DNA from: Euryarchaeota archaeon UBA62
GTDB taxonomy: Archaea; Thermoplasmatota; Poseidoniia; Poseidoniales; Thalassarchaeaceae
NCBI GenBank assembly: GCA_002502095.1
Contig: DAPJ01000005.1
Coordinates: 15,763 to 79,762, forward strand
Length of the DNA stretch: 64,000 bases
Direction: 5' to 3'
Shown here: positions 1 through 10,128 of the stretch, piece after piece
Position numbering within the stretch: the stretch's first letter is position 1
Layout of the letters: every line of letters starts with the position of its first letter
Program-made: the position numbers and the translations under genes
The notes under the pieces: generated by a model
Database searches by the model: none
Told to the model about the DNA's origin: nothing
The model's input: only the letters and a program-made list of their open reading frames with translations

Positions 1-945
1 AATTCTCTCAGTACCTCTGACATTCACGTCAAAGTTACACCTCCGAACCAATCAGTTGCACATTCATTGACGCATGGGCATTCAATTATCCTAAGCTTCT
101 TCACATCAGGCGGGTACTCTGAAGAGATCAACGTTAAGGTCAGGATACCACAAATCCATGACTTCTCAGTAGTCTCATTAGAACCACTCTACGGAGTTTC
201 TCCGGGTGAAGAAATACAGATACCTCTGCAAATCAGGAACGATGGAAATGGGGACGACAGATTTGAGTTTGATTTCGACGACTCAGAGTTACCCGATGGG
301 TGGGAGAGGACCGGGGCTACTTCTCATTCTCTGCCTCCATTTACTACCACTACTCACAGTATCAATGTGATTGCACCAGATAATGCAACAGGCGAATACA
401 CGATATATGCTGCAGTCACCGACGAAGCAGGAAACTCTTACCCAGAGATAGAGATCAATGTTGCCATATCCAATCCAGTGATATCGATCACATCCCAGCA
501 ACTTCTGTCGGGAGGGGACAACGCAGTTTCCAACAGGGTCAACTCCTGGGTCGTCACTGTTGCCAACGATGGGCTAGTCGACGCGGAGGATGTTGAGCTA
601 AATGCCATACTCTGCAATGACTTGACTTGCCAAAGCGAGGTGATAATGGATACCAAGTTAGGAGATGTTCCATCCAACTCAGTTGTGAACTTCGACATCA
701 CACTGGACCTGGACGGGATCGATCCTGGAAACTACTACCTAAACCTGGAGATCAATGAATCTTCGGTAGACGGCGAAGTGGTCCCATTCGTACCAGAACA
801 GGGAGGAAGCGTCAACCTAGTAGTTTCATCACCTGCAGTGGAGTCCGACTCTAGTTGGATTGGCTATATCCTAGGGGCTCTAATCATTGCCGCACTGGCA
901 ATGCTGACAAGACCCCGCTCAAGAAGGCCAAACGCTCCATTCTGA
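1..945 (+). CDS. Membrane-anchored surface protein with Ig-like (NEW3/CARDB-like) domains; 5' end lies outside the window
   Basis: Frame is open from base 1. Has 'IRNDGNGDDRF' and 'VANDGLVDAEDV' Ig-like motifs, then a C-terminal hydrophobic helix (WIGYILGALIIAALAML) and a basic tail. Confidence 0.75.
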   Translation, partial: NSLSTSDIHVKVTPPNQSVAHSLTHGHSIILSFFTSGGYSEEINVKVRIPQIHDFSVVSLEPLYGVSPGEEIQIPLQIRNDGNGDDRFEFDFDDSELPDGWERTGATSHSLPPFTTTTHSINVIAPDNATGEYTIYAAVTDEAGNSYPEIEINVAISNPVISITSQQLLSGGDNAVSNRVNSWVVTVANDGLVDAEDVELNAILCNDLTCQSEVIMDTKLGDVPSNSVVNFDITLDLDGIDPGNYYLNLEINESSVDGEVVPFVPEQGGSVNLVVSSPAVESDSSWIGYILGALIIAALAMLTRPRSRRPNAPF

Positions 946-987
946 ACACACTGGTATTTATGCGGCAGTTCCACAGGAACGAATAGA

Positions 988-2223
988 ATGCCTGCCCTAG
1001 ACAGACTGGAGCTCATGCCTGAGCCGGAGGATCCCAGGCTTCTCACTACCGTGGACCCTAGAGCACCGGGATATCCCGGTTCTGCCTACGGGATGTCCGA
1101 TGAGGAGGCCAGAAGACTACGCTGGCCCTTGGATCCGCTAAAGGAGGCCTTATGGCCATGGGGGGCAGTTTTCTTCTCTATAGGAACCGTCGCGCTTCTA
1201 CTTGCATGGCCTTTTGTAGATTCATACTTGACACCGCTTCTCCCGGATTCCGAGTGGGCATATGAGACCACGGGGATTAGGGAGCTTCAGGACGGGGGAC
1301 TGTCTGGAGAAGGGGTATCAGTCTGTATAGTAGATACGGGCATGGATATACGCCATCCTGATCTATCAGGAATAAATTTGGCGGGTTTCAGAGATTTCTT
1401 TGATGAGGGCAACCAGGAGGTTAAAGACGTAGGATCTGAATTTCACGGTACCATGATGACAGGGATTTTAGCTTCCAACGGTACCTTCCTAGGGGCCGCT
1501 CCCGAAGCTTCCATTTCCATTGCTTTGGCTCTTGGACCGGAAGGATCCTCCGGTCAACAGGACAGGGTCTCGTTAGCAATTAGGTGGTGTAGGATAACCC
1601 AAGAAGCAGATATAATCAGTCTTAGCCTTGGCTCTGATCCAGGACAAGGAATGGGTATCGAAACTGAGACAGTAACAGCAGTTCAAGAGGCGCTGGAGGA
1701 AGGAATATTCGTCATAGCAGCTGCGGGAAATACGGGTGCAGAATCTTCCGATGTATCCGTTCCGGCAAATATTCAGGGCGTAATCGCCGTAGGTGCGTAC
1801 AGAAGCTCGGGGGCTATATGGGGAGACAGTGCTTCGGGTTCCAATATCGATCCTTACAGTGGACAGCCAAGAGAGTATCCTCATCAGAAGCCCGAGATTA
1901 TAGCTCCAGGAGTGAATATATTTTCCACAGCTTCCACAGAACTCGATCCACCCTACGCATACTCGTCAGGAACTAGCGACTCAACCGTCTTTGTAACCGG
2001 GGCCCTGGCTCTTATTTTGGAGGAATATGGGGATGCCATAGCTGGGGAAGACGGAAAAATAGACCTAGAAGAAATGAGTATGGTAAAGAGAGCACTAGCT
2101 AACTCAGCTAACCAAGACCCCTCCTCTTCGGGGAACCATAGCTCTAGATTGGGATACGGGTCCCTGAATTCAGTTGAATGGGCTAACCAACTCTCGTTTG
2201 AGCTGAATATCGACGTTCAGTAA
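988..2223 (+). CDS. S8 (subtilisin) serine peptidase with N-terminal membrane anchor
   Basis: Catalytic motifs IVDTG, HGT and SGTS, oxyanion AAGN, KPEIIAPG. One TM helix near the N-terminus. Confidence 0.9.
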   Translation: MPALDRLELMPEPEDPRLLTTVDPRAPGYPGSAYGMSDEEARRLRWPLDPLKEALWPWGAVFFSIGTVALLLAWPFVDSYLTPLLPDSEWAYETTGIRELQDGGLSGEGVSVCIVDTGMDIRHPDLSGINLAGFRDFFDEGNQEVKDVGSEFHGTMMTGILASNGTFLGAAPEASISIALALGPEGSSGQQDRVSLAIRWCRITQEADIISLSLGSDPGQGMGIETETVTAVQEALEEGIFVIAAAGNTGAESSDVSVPANIQGVIAVGAYRSSGAIWGDSASGSNIDPYSGQPREYPHQKPEIIAPGVNIFSTASTELDPPYAYSSGTSDSTVFVTGALALILEEYGDAIAGEDGKIDLEEMSMVKRALANSANQDPSSSGNHSSRLGYGSLNSVEWANQLSFELNIDVQ

Positions 2224-2316
2224 TGGACGTTACATAATATTGAATGATAATGGATTATGATGACCCAACAATCTTGTTTCCTCTAACATTATATCCGCTC
2301 CCGATACCCCGTGGCT

Positions 2317-5300
2317 ATGGCCCGCAGAGATAGATTGAGCTCGACTATTCTAGTAATGTTGATGCTAACCAGCGTTTTCATCGCACTAGTAGGCCCCGCG
2401 TCCCCGGTAGCAGCCTCAAATGAGACCACTTCCGGAACAATCACTGGAACCGAGTACTGGCAAGGAAATCACGTTCTTACAGGTGACGTAGTAATCTCAT
2501 CCGGTGCTAAATTGGTCATCCAGCCCAGTACCAATGTGATTTTTCCCAATGGTACCCATCTGGATGCCAGGGGCAGCCTGTGCATAGGTGTGTCTTCTTG
2601 TGGGGCCAGCGGAAACGCAAATTCTGCTCAGAAAATCACATTTAGCTGGGAGGAGCCTGAGAATTCCAGTGCTCAAGGAGAATGTAATGGGATTTCCCAG
2701 GGACAATTCGAAATTACGATTACCGATCCTTCTTGCTATGAAGGACTCATTATCAGAGACTCAATTGACCTGTCACAATCTGGAATTAGACACACTACCA
2801 TTGATGGCGCATGGGGAATTCCACACTTTGTTGATAACCAAAACGGATTCAAATATGCCGCTCTAGTCCTGGATGGGGCCAGTCCTACACTGACGGAAAT
2901 GGAGTTTATCGATATCAACTCCAGTAGCGTACTAACCACGGGACTCGCTCAACCCGAGTTCATCGGAGGGCAGTATACCGTAGGTAATGATGATGAGAGT
3001 GGAGTGGACGGTCCCGCAGTCCAGATCTACAGCTCTGGAACTCCTATCACTCCACTAATCATGTCTTCTCCAGATCTGATTGGTTCTGATAATGGATGTG
3101 GGAACAATGCAGGTGGTAAGCCAACAGTCTGGGTTGAAGACGCGTTCATAGAGATCGATGATGCAGAAATCGGAGTTGGGGATTATGGAATTTCACTGAG
3201 GTATTCTTCTGGTTCAGTCACTAACTCAGAGATTTCCGTCAACTGTAACGGAATTGATATTTACAGCTTGAAGAGCGTGGGACAGATTGACTACTACAAT
3301 ACAATTACAGGAAACGAGATTGTTACGAATGATAGAACCCCAATCACTGTGTACGGGGGGGCTCATGCTTTTATCAGAGATAACGATCTATCAGGAGCTG
3401 GAAGTGGAAGTGGTATTGCAGTCTTCTCCAGCTATGCTGAGATAACAAACAATGACATCGGCCCAATCGGTGGGTGGAACGGACTTTGGATGTACGGATC
3501 TTTTGATGTAATTGCCGAAAATAACACAATCTTCGATACTAACAGGGAGGCCATTATCGCTGGAGAGTACGGGAGTAACGCTCCCGCCCCTAGCGCGTCT
3601 AGGGCATTCCTCGCAAACAACACCATTTCATCCTCAGGCCAAGGAGACTGCTCTAGTAGCCTCCATTTCAACGGGCAGTTCACCTGCCCTGCTGTGATGG
3701 CATACAGATCTGGACTGACCATGTATGATAACGAGATTAACTCTGGAGGGGAGTCCGATGGAATCAGGTCTATTGGAGCGTTACTTGACATCAGGAGGAA
3801 TACATGGAACGCCGCGGGCTCAGGAGCTGTAATCAAACACTATGATTCAGGATATGCAGGAGACCAGCAATACGGATCGCTAGCTTTCTTCTCTGAGAAT
3901 ACTTGGAACGGCGTGGGTACTACCTACAATATCACGAAGAGCTCAGTAACCGTACAATCCGAATCCATTCCCAGTCCACCCACAGGACAGTTTCCAGTGA
4001 TTCTCTCGTGGCCAGATCAGGAGGCATGGCCAGCCAACGGTTTCCAGAATGGAATCATACCCACAGACGTTCAAGAGTGCTCTAACTGTGATAATCTCAC
4101 TCCTAGAAATTTCCCACTAGCGCTCTCCATGGATAATAACTCCACAGTGATGACATTTGCCGGTCTGGCTAATCTAGATAGGTCGTCCATCTCAATCCAG
4201 ACTCAACCGACCCCCTATGCAGTACAGGTCAGAAGAGCCGAGTTGGTCAAGTTCCAAGCTCTGGTCAACGGAGAGAGGGTACCGGGTGCCAGCATCCTCA
4301 TCGAAGACGCTCTCGGAAACGATATGTATGATATTGATACCCTTTCCGATGGATATACCCCATGGTTTGCCCTCCCTTCAGATTTTCATCTGGACTTCAG
4401 AGGACTGGGAGGGGGCGATAACCCCGATGGATTCGCAGATGACGAATTCGAGGACTCCTGCTCAGATGGAATAGACAACGATGGGGACCTCCTAATGGAC
4501 GCGGACGATACTGATTGTGACTACACTGCGGGTACTAGAGAGCTCTCCCTATACCGATTCACCGCCTATAAGTTCGGATACGGTCTGGATAGCGGACAAT
4601 TCACATTAGATGATTCTTCATATCAAGGAACTGCGAACCTGCTAAATTTAGCTCCCTCTGTATCCATCACACAAGACCAAGGCCACTCTTTCAGAAAGAT
4701 AGTGAATATCACTGGCAACGCCCACGATGGTATTCTAGCCTCATTCTACCCGAGTGATGAAATGGCACAGTGGGATCAGAAAGGATTCGTCCATTCAATA
4801 GAAGTTAGAGACCCATTCACAAGTGATTGGTCAGATGCACAACTGGCCACCGACTCCTCTGGCTCCCAATATGGGGAAGTAACTAGTACTAACCATCCTT
4901 TCAAAGAATGGTACTATGAATTGGATATGTCTCAAATGGCTGAAGGAGACTATGTTTTCCAGTTCCGAGCATTCGACGGAATCGACTACAGCCCGATATC
5001 CACCATCTCTATCAAGCTCAATTCTCAGGCCCCTACAGTTTCAGTAAGCTCTCCAAGTCCATTCTCTACTCACTCTGACGACACTGTTACATTCGAGGGT
5101 GCTGCCTATGATTACTATGGATGTCCTTCACAGTGTGGCAAGGATATTTCTGAGATTTATTTCCAAATCGAGGGTCCTAATTTCCAAGTTGTTACTCCTG
5201 TCTCTGGAGGCACATCCTGGTCATGGACTTGGGACTTCAGCGGTCAGCCCAGAGTTGTGGCGGACTATACTTTCAAGATATGGGCCGCTGACTCGGACTT

Positions 5301-6540
5301 CTGTAATGGTGTGATTGATGAATGCGTTCCCGCGGAGCTTACCCTCACTATAGACAATTCAAACAGCGCGCCCTTCATCAGTATCTCCGAACCAAAGGAG
5401 TCAGACAGAATGCCTGTATCCGAACAGTCTGTTTTCGAGGGCGTTGCCAGAGATAATGACAATGAGGTAACTAGGGTAGATATCGAAGTCCTCGATACAG
5501 CAAACGGAATGATCGAAGTTCACTCAGAATCAGTCATTGAGTTCGATTCAAATGGTGCATTCAGCTCAATATGGGATTCAAGGTCACTTAGGCACAATTC
5601 CGAATACCAGATCAGGATGAGATCATATGACGGATTCGATTACAGTGAATGGAAGACAGTTAATATAATCGCAGACAATCCTCCAGATGCAGGAAATAGA
5701 CAACCCGTTTTCGATCAGTCAGGATGGGTAGAATCAGTAACACTATACTGCGAAGAAAACTCACAATCAGCTGATCGATGTACCACTTTCGAAATCAACC
5801 TACTGGATTTCTTCGCAGACCCAGATCCTAATCAAGAGCTCATTCTATCAGTTTATGATGACGAAGAAATAGCCTCAGATGATGAATATCCAGTGGTTAT
5901 TTCAGTATCTGCAGACGGTGTGGCTAGGTATAATCCGACATCTATGGCTTTCTTCGATCCCGAGATATCTGGTTGGTCAATTAACGATGTAGTATTTGTC
6001 GCATCAGATCAATTCGGGTCGAAGGCAAACTCAGTTCCGATGAGCATCGAAGTCATTGCAATAGATTTCCAGGTTGGTGTACCCCAAGAAACAAGGATTT
6101 CCGAAGATGAAACTGCTATCTTCTCTGGTATCGGTCTTCCAGGGAGAACTGTTACAGCTACAATTGGAGGTGTTCCTGTCAACAATACTGTTGTTTCGGA
6201 CGACTCAACATGGACTATGGGAATACCCGGATCTCGAATATCAAGCTCTGCTACTCCTCAGTTCATGTACGGAGGTCTCGAATATGACGGTTCAAAGATC
6301 ACTGTGAGTGAATCAGACTCATCTAATGCCTCATTCTTGATAATTATCGTGATAATTGTAATTCTGGGAATAGCGGGTTTCGCGTACTTCTTCATCGAAT
6401 TCGAAGACGATTCCGAGCCTGAGAATAATTACAACAAGAAAGAGAGACCTGACGAAGGGGAAAGCAGGTTTGTCAAGGACGATGACCATCCAGGTTGGCT
6501 TTGGGATACAGAAAAGGAAGAATGGGTCGAAGAAAAGTAG
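2317..6540 (+). CDS. Large secreted, membrane-anchored protein: parallel beta-helix repeats plus Ig-like domains
   Basis: Signal peptide; 'I..N.I' PbH1-like repeats; 'CSDGIDNDGD' Ca-binding motif; several 'FRAFDG/MRSYDG' Ig-like modules; C-terminal TM. ATG 2317 preferred over GTG 2311. Confidence 0.8.
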   Translation: MARRDRLSSTILVMLMLTSVFIALVGPASPVAASNETTSGTITGTEYWQGNHVLTGDVVISSGAKLVIQPSTNVIFPNGTHLDARGSLCIGVSSCGASGNANSAQKITFSWEEPENSSAQGECNGISQGQFEITITDPSCYEGLIIRDSIDLSQSGIRHTTIDGAWGIPHFVDNQNGFKYAALVLDGASPTLTEMEFIDINSSSVLTTGLAQPEFIGGQYTVGNDDESGVDGPAVQIYSSGTPITPLIMSSPDLIGSDNGCGNNAGGKPTVWVEDAFIEIDDAEIGVGDYGISLRYSSGSVTNSEISVNCNGIDIYSLKSVGQIDYYNTITGNEIVTNDRTPITVYGGAHAFIRDNDLSGAGSGSGIAVFSSYAEITNNDIGPIGGWNGLWMYGSFDVIAENNTIFDTNREAIIAGEYGSNAPAPSASRAFLANNTISSSGQGDCSSSLHFNGQFTCPAVMAYRSGLTMYDNEINSGGESDGIRSIGALLDIRRNTWNAAGSGAVIKHYDSGYAGDQQYGSLAFFSENTWNGVGTTYNITKSSVTVQSESIPSPPTGQFPVILSWPDQEAWPANGFQNGIIPTDVQECSNCDNLTPRNFPLALSMDNNSTVMTFAGLANLDRSSISIQTQPTPYAVQVRRAELVKFQALVNGERVPGASILIEDALGNDMYDIDTLSDGYTPWFALPSDFHLDFRGLGGGDNPDGFADDEFEDSCSDGIDNDGDLLMDADDTDCDYTAGTRELSLYRFTAYKFGYGLDSGQFTLDDSSYQGTANLLNLAPSVSITQDQGHSFRKIVNITGNAHDGILASFYPSDEMAQWDQKGFVHSIEVRDPFTSDWSDAQLATDSSGSQYGEVTSTNHPFKEWYYELDMSQMAEGDYVFQFRAFDGIDYSPISTISIKLNSQAPTVSVSSPSPFSTHSDDTVTFEGAAYDYYGCPSQCGKDISEIYFQIEGPNFQVVTPVSGGTSWSWTWDFSGQPRVVADYTFKIWAADSDFCNGVIDECVPAELTLTIDNSNSAPFISISEPKESDRMPVSEQSVFEGVARDNDNEVTRVDIEVLDTANGMIEVHSESVIEFDSNGAFSSIWDSRSLRHNSEYQIRMRSYDGFDYSEWKTVNIIADNPPDAGNRQPVFDQSGWVESVTLYCEENSQSADRCTTFEINLLDFFADPDPNQELILSVYDDEEIASDDEYPVVISVSADGVARYNPTSMAFFDPEISGWSINDVVFVASDQFGSKANSVPMSIEVIAIDFQVGVPQETRISEDETAIFSGIGLPGRTVTATIGGVPVNNTVVSDDSTWTMGIPGSRISSSATPQFMYGGLEYDGSKITVSESDSSNASFLIIIVIIVILGIAGFAYFFIEFEDDSEPENNYNKKERPDEGESRFVKDDDHPGWLWDTEKEEWVEEK

Positions 6541-6610
6541 TATTTCCTTTGAAGAGCCCCTAAGCTTCCATCACGAACATTATTGAATGGAAGATGTTGC
6601 TAACATAATT

Positions 6611-9139
6611 ATGTCAGTCACACCCGCGCCCAAGCCCGGGGTCCAAGAGAGGATTCTTCTTCACCTCAGGGACTATGTGGACCATGCCGATAAAGTGGAA
6701 GTACCCTTTGCACTTTCGCAGATGGGTATTGCAAATGCAGTTTCCATTGCCAGATCCAATGTCCCTAGGGCTATTTCTGGTCTCAAGGAACAAGGATATC
6801 TGATTGAGAAACAAGCACATGTCACGGGGGTCTCGAGGAAAAGGAAGGCATACTTCCTAACTGACGATGGAGCTAAGCTAGCCGATGACATCTGGTCCAA
6901 GGTCGGGATGCAAGTAGTTCGCGTGATTGGAAGGGATGGAAGAGCGTCAAATATGGAGCTATCACAGGCTCTAGAGGGTACAGAATTACCTCTTAGGCAC
7001 GTTGATGTTATTCGGTATCTGGATGATTCAGGAACCATAGATCTTTCAGTTTTATCTGCTGACTTGATTGAAAGAGACCTGTCAAAGCATATTGAGAAAC
7101 AATTGGTAACCTCATTGAGTGATCTTCCAAGAACTAGGAGATTTTACGGAAGAGAAATGGAACTAGAAAATATGGTTAATCTCTTGGAGCATCAGTCAGG
7201 GTCAATACTTGTTCCCGGAATAGCAGGCATAGGTAAAACCGCACTTTCTGCTAAGCTAATTGAGAGCTTCACACATAGAAGAAATCTTCTTTATCACAGA
7301 TGTCAAGATTGGGAAGGGGCGAGGGCATTCTTAGAGGCTATTTCAGAATGGCTATCTGCAATGGGGAGCGATGATTTATCTGACTATCTCGCATCAACTC
7401 CCGTTCCCCAGCCTCAAATGGCAGTCAATCTAATCTCCGAAGGACTAGAGTCTTCACCATCCCTAATTGTAATTGATGACCTCCACAAGGTTGGTGATGA
7501 GACACTAATTTCAGTACTTAGATCACTTTCATTGAAGATACCAGAGCTAGAAAGTGTAGGGCTGGTAATGTTCTCCCGATCATTCAGGATGGTAGTTCCA
7601 GAATCTGACTCTTCGGGGAGAATAGTGACTCTGGTAATGCCACTCGATGGGCTAGATCAGGAAGCAAGTAGGAAAATACTGACTACAATGCAGGATATCG
7701 AGATGCCTCAATTCCTGCATATCCATAGTCTATCTAGGGGTCATCCACTGGTACTCGAGCTGATAAATAGAGGAAGTGTAGGAGGTACATTCCACGAAAC
7801 TCTCGAGGCATTCGTAGAGAAGGAAATTTTCAGTAGACTTTCTGGTGCTGAAAAGAGATTATTGGGAGCTATAGCGGTATTCAGAGAACCTATGCCCCTC
7901 GAAGCAATATCTGCAATAGACATGGAGACAGATCTTTTGGACGATCTAGTCGAAAAAGGCTTGGCTAGGCAAGCAGACAGCGAAAACTATGATGTTCACG
8001 ATTTAGTCAGGGAGTTCCTCACTAGATCTATGGAAGACTCACTAAAGCAATCGTTACATGCCAATGCGGTTGAATGGTACAGGACTAGGAAAGACGATCC
8101 ATCAGAAAGTATAGAGCATATTCACCACCTTCATGAGTCGGGCGATATTGAGGGGCTTGCCTCGGCATTATCCGAGGAAGGCCACAAGCTAGTCAAGGCC
8201 GGACACATTGAACTGCTTGGTATTCTCAGGGTCCTCGAGGCTAGGTTATTCGGACCTAGGACCCGATTTGTGATACATGAACTCACTGGGGACATACTTT
8301 CTGTCCAAGGAAAGTGGGATGAGGCCGAGGGACAATACGATATGGCACTGCCCATAGCCGTCAAACACAAACTAACTACTCCTCTTGCAAGGATTTACTC
8401 ATCCAGGGCAGATTTAGCGGTTAAGAAGGGAGAAATGGATACTGCACTCTCCCTACACAAGAAAGCGTTGGAGATGCAGATAAAACTCAGAGATGCACAG
8501 GGCGCAGCAAGATCATACAACAATATGGGATATATCTTCAGACGTCAACGAGATAACAAGAGGGCATTAGAAGTCTATGGAAATGTGGAGGAACTATTGG
8601 ATTCCGAAGACTCGTCCGACCTTACAGAGGCAAGAATCAGACTGGCTTCGGCTTTTCTCGAGATGGGTGAGATGGATAGGGCACGCGACCATGCCATGAC
8701 AGCTCACGATGAAACGGCGCAGAACAACCAAGAAAAGTTACATGCCAGGTCAAGGGCTGTTCTAGGCAGATACTATGCAAGGATAAAAGATAATGATTTG
8801 GCCATGCATCATTATTCCGGTGCTTTAGAAATATTATCGGATCAGTCAGACCCGAGAAGCGCGGTCGAAGTAGAGATGCTACTCGGACAAGTACTGAGTG
8901 ATGCAGGCAGATCAGATGAAGCCGCACAGCACTATCTGGACGCTTTATCGATTGCAGAGGCAAACGACTTCAGGATGATGCAAGGGGAGATTCTCTCCAG
9001 GCTGGGGGAAGTGGAGAGTAACAGATCACAGAGGATGGACTACCTACAGAGATCCCTAGTAGTATTCAGAGAGCTCGGTGCAGTCGACAGGATGAGGGAC
9101 GTTCAGAACTCTGTCCATAGGGTAGTCATGGGCCATTAA
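6611..9139 (+). CDS. Winged-HTH / STAND-class P-loop NTPase / TPR protein
   Basis: N-terminal HTH (SQMGIANAVSIARSNVPRAISGL), Walker A GIAGIGKT, Walker B IVIDDLH, GHP motif, HDLVREF motif, C-terminal TPR repeats. Alternative start at 6587. Confidence 0.85.
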   Translation: MSVTPAPKPGVQERILLHLRDYVDHADKVEVPFALSQMGIANAVSIARSNVPRAISGLKEQGYLIEKQAHVTGVSRKRKAYFLTDDGAKLADDIWSKVGMQVVRVIGRDGRASNMELSQALEGTELPLRHVDVIRYLDDSGTIDLSVLSADLIERDLSKHIEKQLVTSLSDLPRTRRFYGREMELENMVNLLEHQSGSILVPGIAGIGKTALSAKLIESFTHRRNLLYHRCQDWEGARAFLEAISEWLSAMGSDDLSDYLASTPVPQPQMAVNLISEGLESSPSLIVIDDLHKVGDETLISVLRSLSLKIPELESVGLVMFSRSFRMVVPESDSSGRIVTLVMPLDGLDQEASRKILTTMQDIEMPQFLHIHSLSRGHPLVLELINRGSVGGTFHETLEAFVEKEIFSRLSGAEKRLLGAIAVFREPMPLEAISAIDMETDLLDDLVEKGLARQADSENYDVHDLVREFLTRSMEDSLKQSLHANAVEWYRTRKDDPSESIEHIHHLHESGDIEGLASALSEEGHKLVKAGHIELLGILRVLEARLFGPRTRFVIHELTGDILSVQGKWDEAEGQYDMALPIAVKHKLTTPLARIYSSRADLAVKKGEMDTALSLHKKALEMQIKLRDAQGAARSYNNMGYIFRRQRDNKRALEVYGNVEELLDSEDSSDLTEARIRLASAFLEMGEMDRARDHAMTAHDETAQNNQEKLHARSRAVLGRYYARIKDNDLAMHHYSGALEILSDQSDPRSAVEVEMLLGQVLSDAGRSDEAAQHYLDALSIAEANDFRMMQGEILSRLGEVESNRSQRMDYLQRSLVVFRELGAVDRMRDVQNSVHRVVMGH

Positions 9140-9140
9140 T

Positions 9141-9938
9141 TCAGGCCGATATCTTCTCCGAATCTATTTGACCTATCCAGTTACTAAACTCTGGTCCGTC
9201 TTGTTTAGATATCGACAAGCTTCCCTTGAAATTATCACAAATCTCCATCAGAACCTCGCTCTCTGCAATATGCGGTAGATTGTTACTCTCAGAAAGATGA
9301 CACAGTACGATACTACTCAGATCTGGATGGACAATCTCGCTAAGTGCTGAAGCGGTCTGGGAATTGGAAAGGTGCCCCCCTCTGCCTGATATCCTCCTTT
9401 TCAGAGAGTCTGGATAGTTCCCCCTCATTAGGCGGTCATGGTCGTAGTTGGACTCAATGGAAATATGGTCGCATTTCCTGAGATGTGAAGACAACTCTGC
9501 GGTGACCTCACCCAGGTCAGTGACTACGGCCGCCCTTCTTCCTTTATCATCACAAGCTATCACTGCTACATTATCGGCATCATCATGTGGCACGGGAATA
9601 GTCAGCAAACTAAGGTCAACACCAGCATCAATTCTTTCCAGCTCGGAGAATACCAAGAGATTCTCGGAGTCCTCCCATTGCATTCTTTTTGCAGTCTCTG
9701 CATTACTGATTAGCCGTGCTCCCCACTTTTTTGCAGCTCTCTTGGCAGACTTAGAATGGTCAGAGTGATGATGAGTCACAATTATGGAGTCTATGTCTTT
9801 TGGATTTACTGATAATTTATCCAATCTGGACTCTGTCTTCTTCAGTGAAAAACCACAATCTACCAGAACATTAGATTCGCCTGTAGACAAGAGAACAGAA
9901 TTCCCCCTGCTCCCACTTCCGAGGTGAGTAATCTTCAT
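9141..9938 (-). CDS. MBL-fold metallo-hydrolase (YycJ/WalJ-like)
   Basis: LGSGSRGN, THHHSDH (HxHxDH), ESNYD, GGHLSN, HLSESNN. Start placed at MKITHLG. Confidence 0.9.
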   Translation of the reverse strand: MKITHLGSGSRGNSVLLSTGESNVLVDCGFSLKKTESRLDKLSVNPKDIDSIIVTHHHSDHSKSAKRAAKKWGARLISNAETAKRMQWEDSENLLVFSELERIDAGVDLSLLTIPVPHDDADNVAVIACDDKGRRAAVVTDLGEVTAELSSHLRKCDHISIESNYDHDRLMRGNYPDSLKRRISGRGGHLSNSQTASALSEIVHPDLSSIVLCHLSESNNLPHIAESEVLMEICDNFKGSLSISKQDGPEFSNWIGQIDSEKISA

Positions 9939-10128
9939 GCCAATGGCTCCGAGCTTGCGGGGATAACGACGACCTTTGAACAAATCCTATGATAATTATT
10001 CTCCAAGCTCATTTATTGATTAATCGACTCTTCCGGAACCATATATTTTGATTCAATGTCCGAACGACGCTCCATCACCATCATAAGTCAACCGAGGACG
10101 TTGGAGGCTACCTAGTTGGGGCTTTAAG

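Noticed and set aside
2224-2310. ATGATGA in the intergenic region as a C box
   Set aside because: No downstream CTGA D box at a suitable spacing.
6611-9938. STAND protein plus MBL hydrolase as an Avs1-like defence system
   Set aside because: The genes are convergent, the MBL looks like housekeeping YycJ, and there is no defence-island context.
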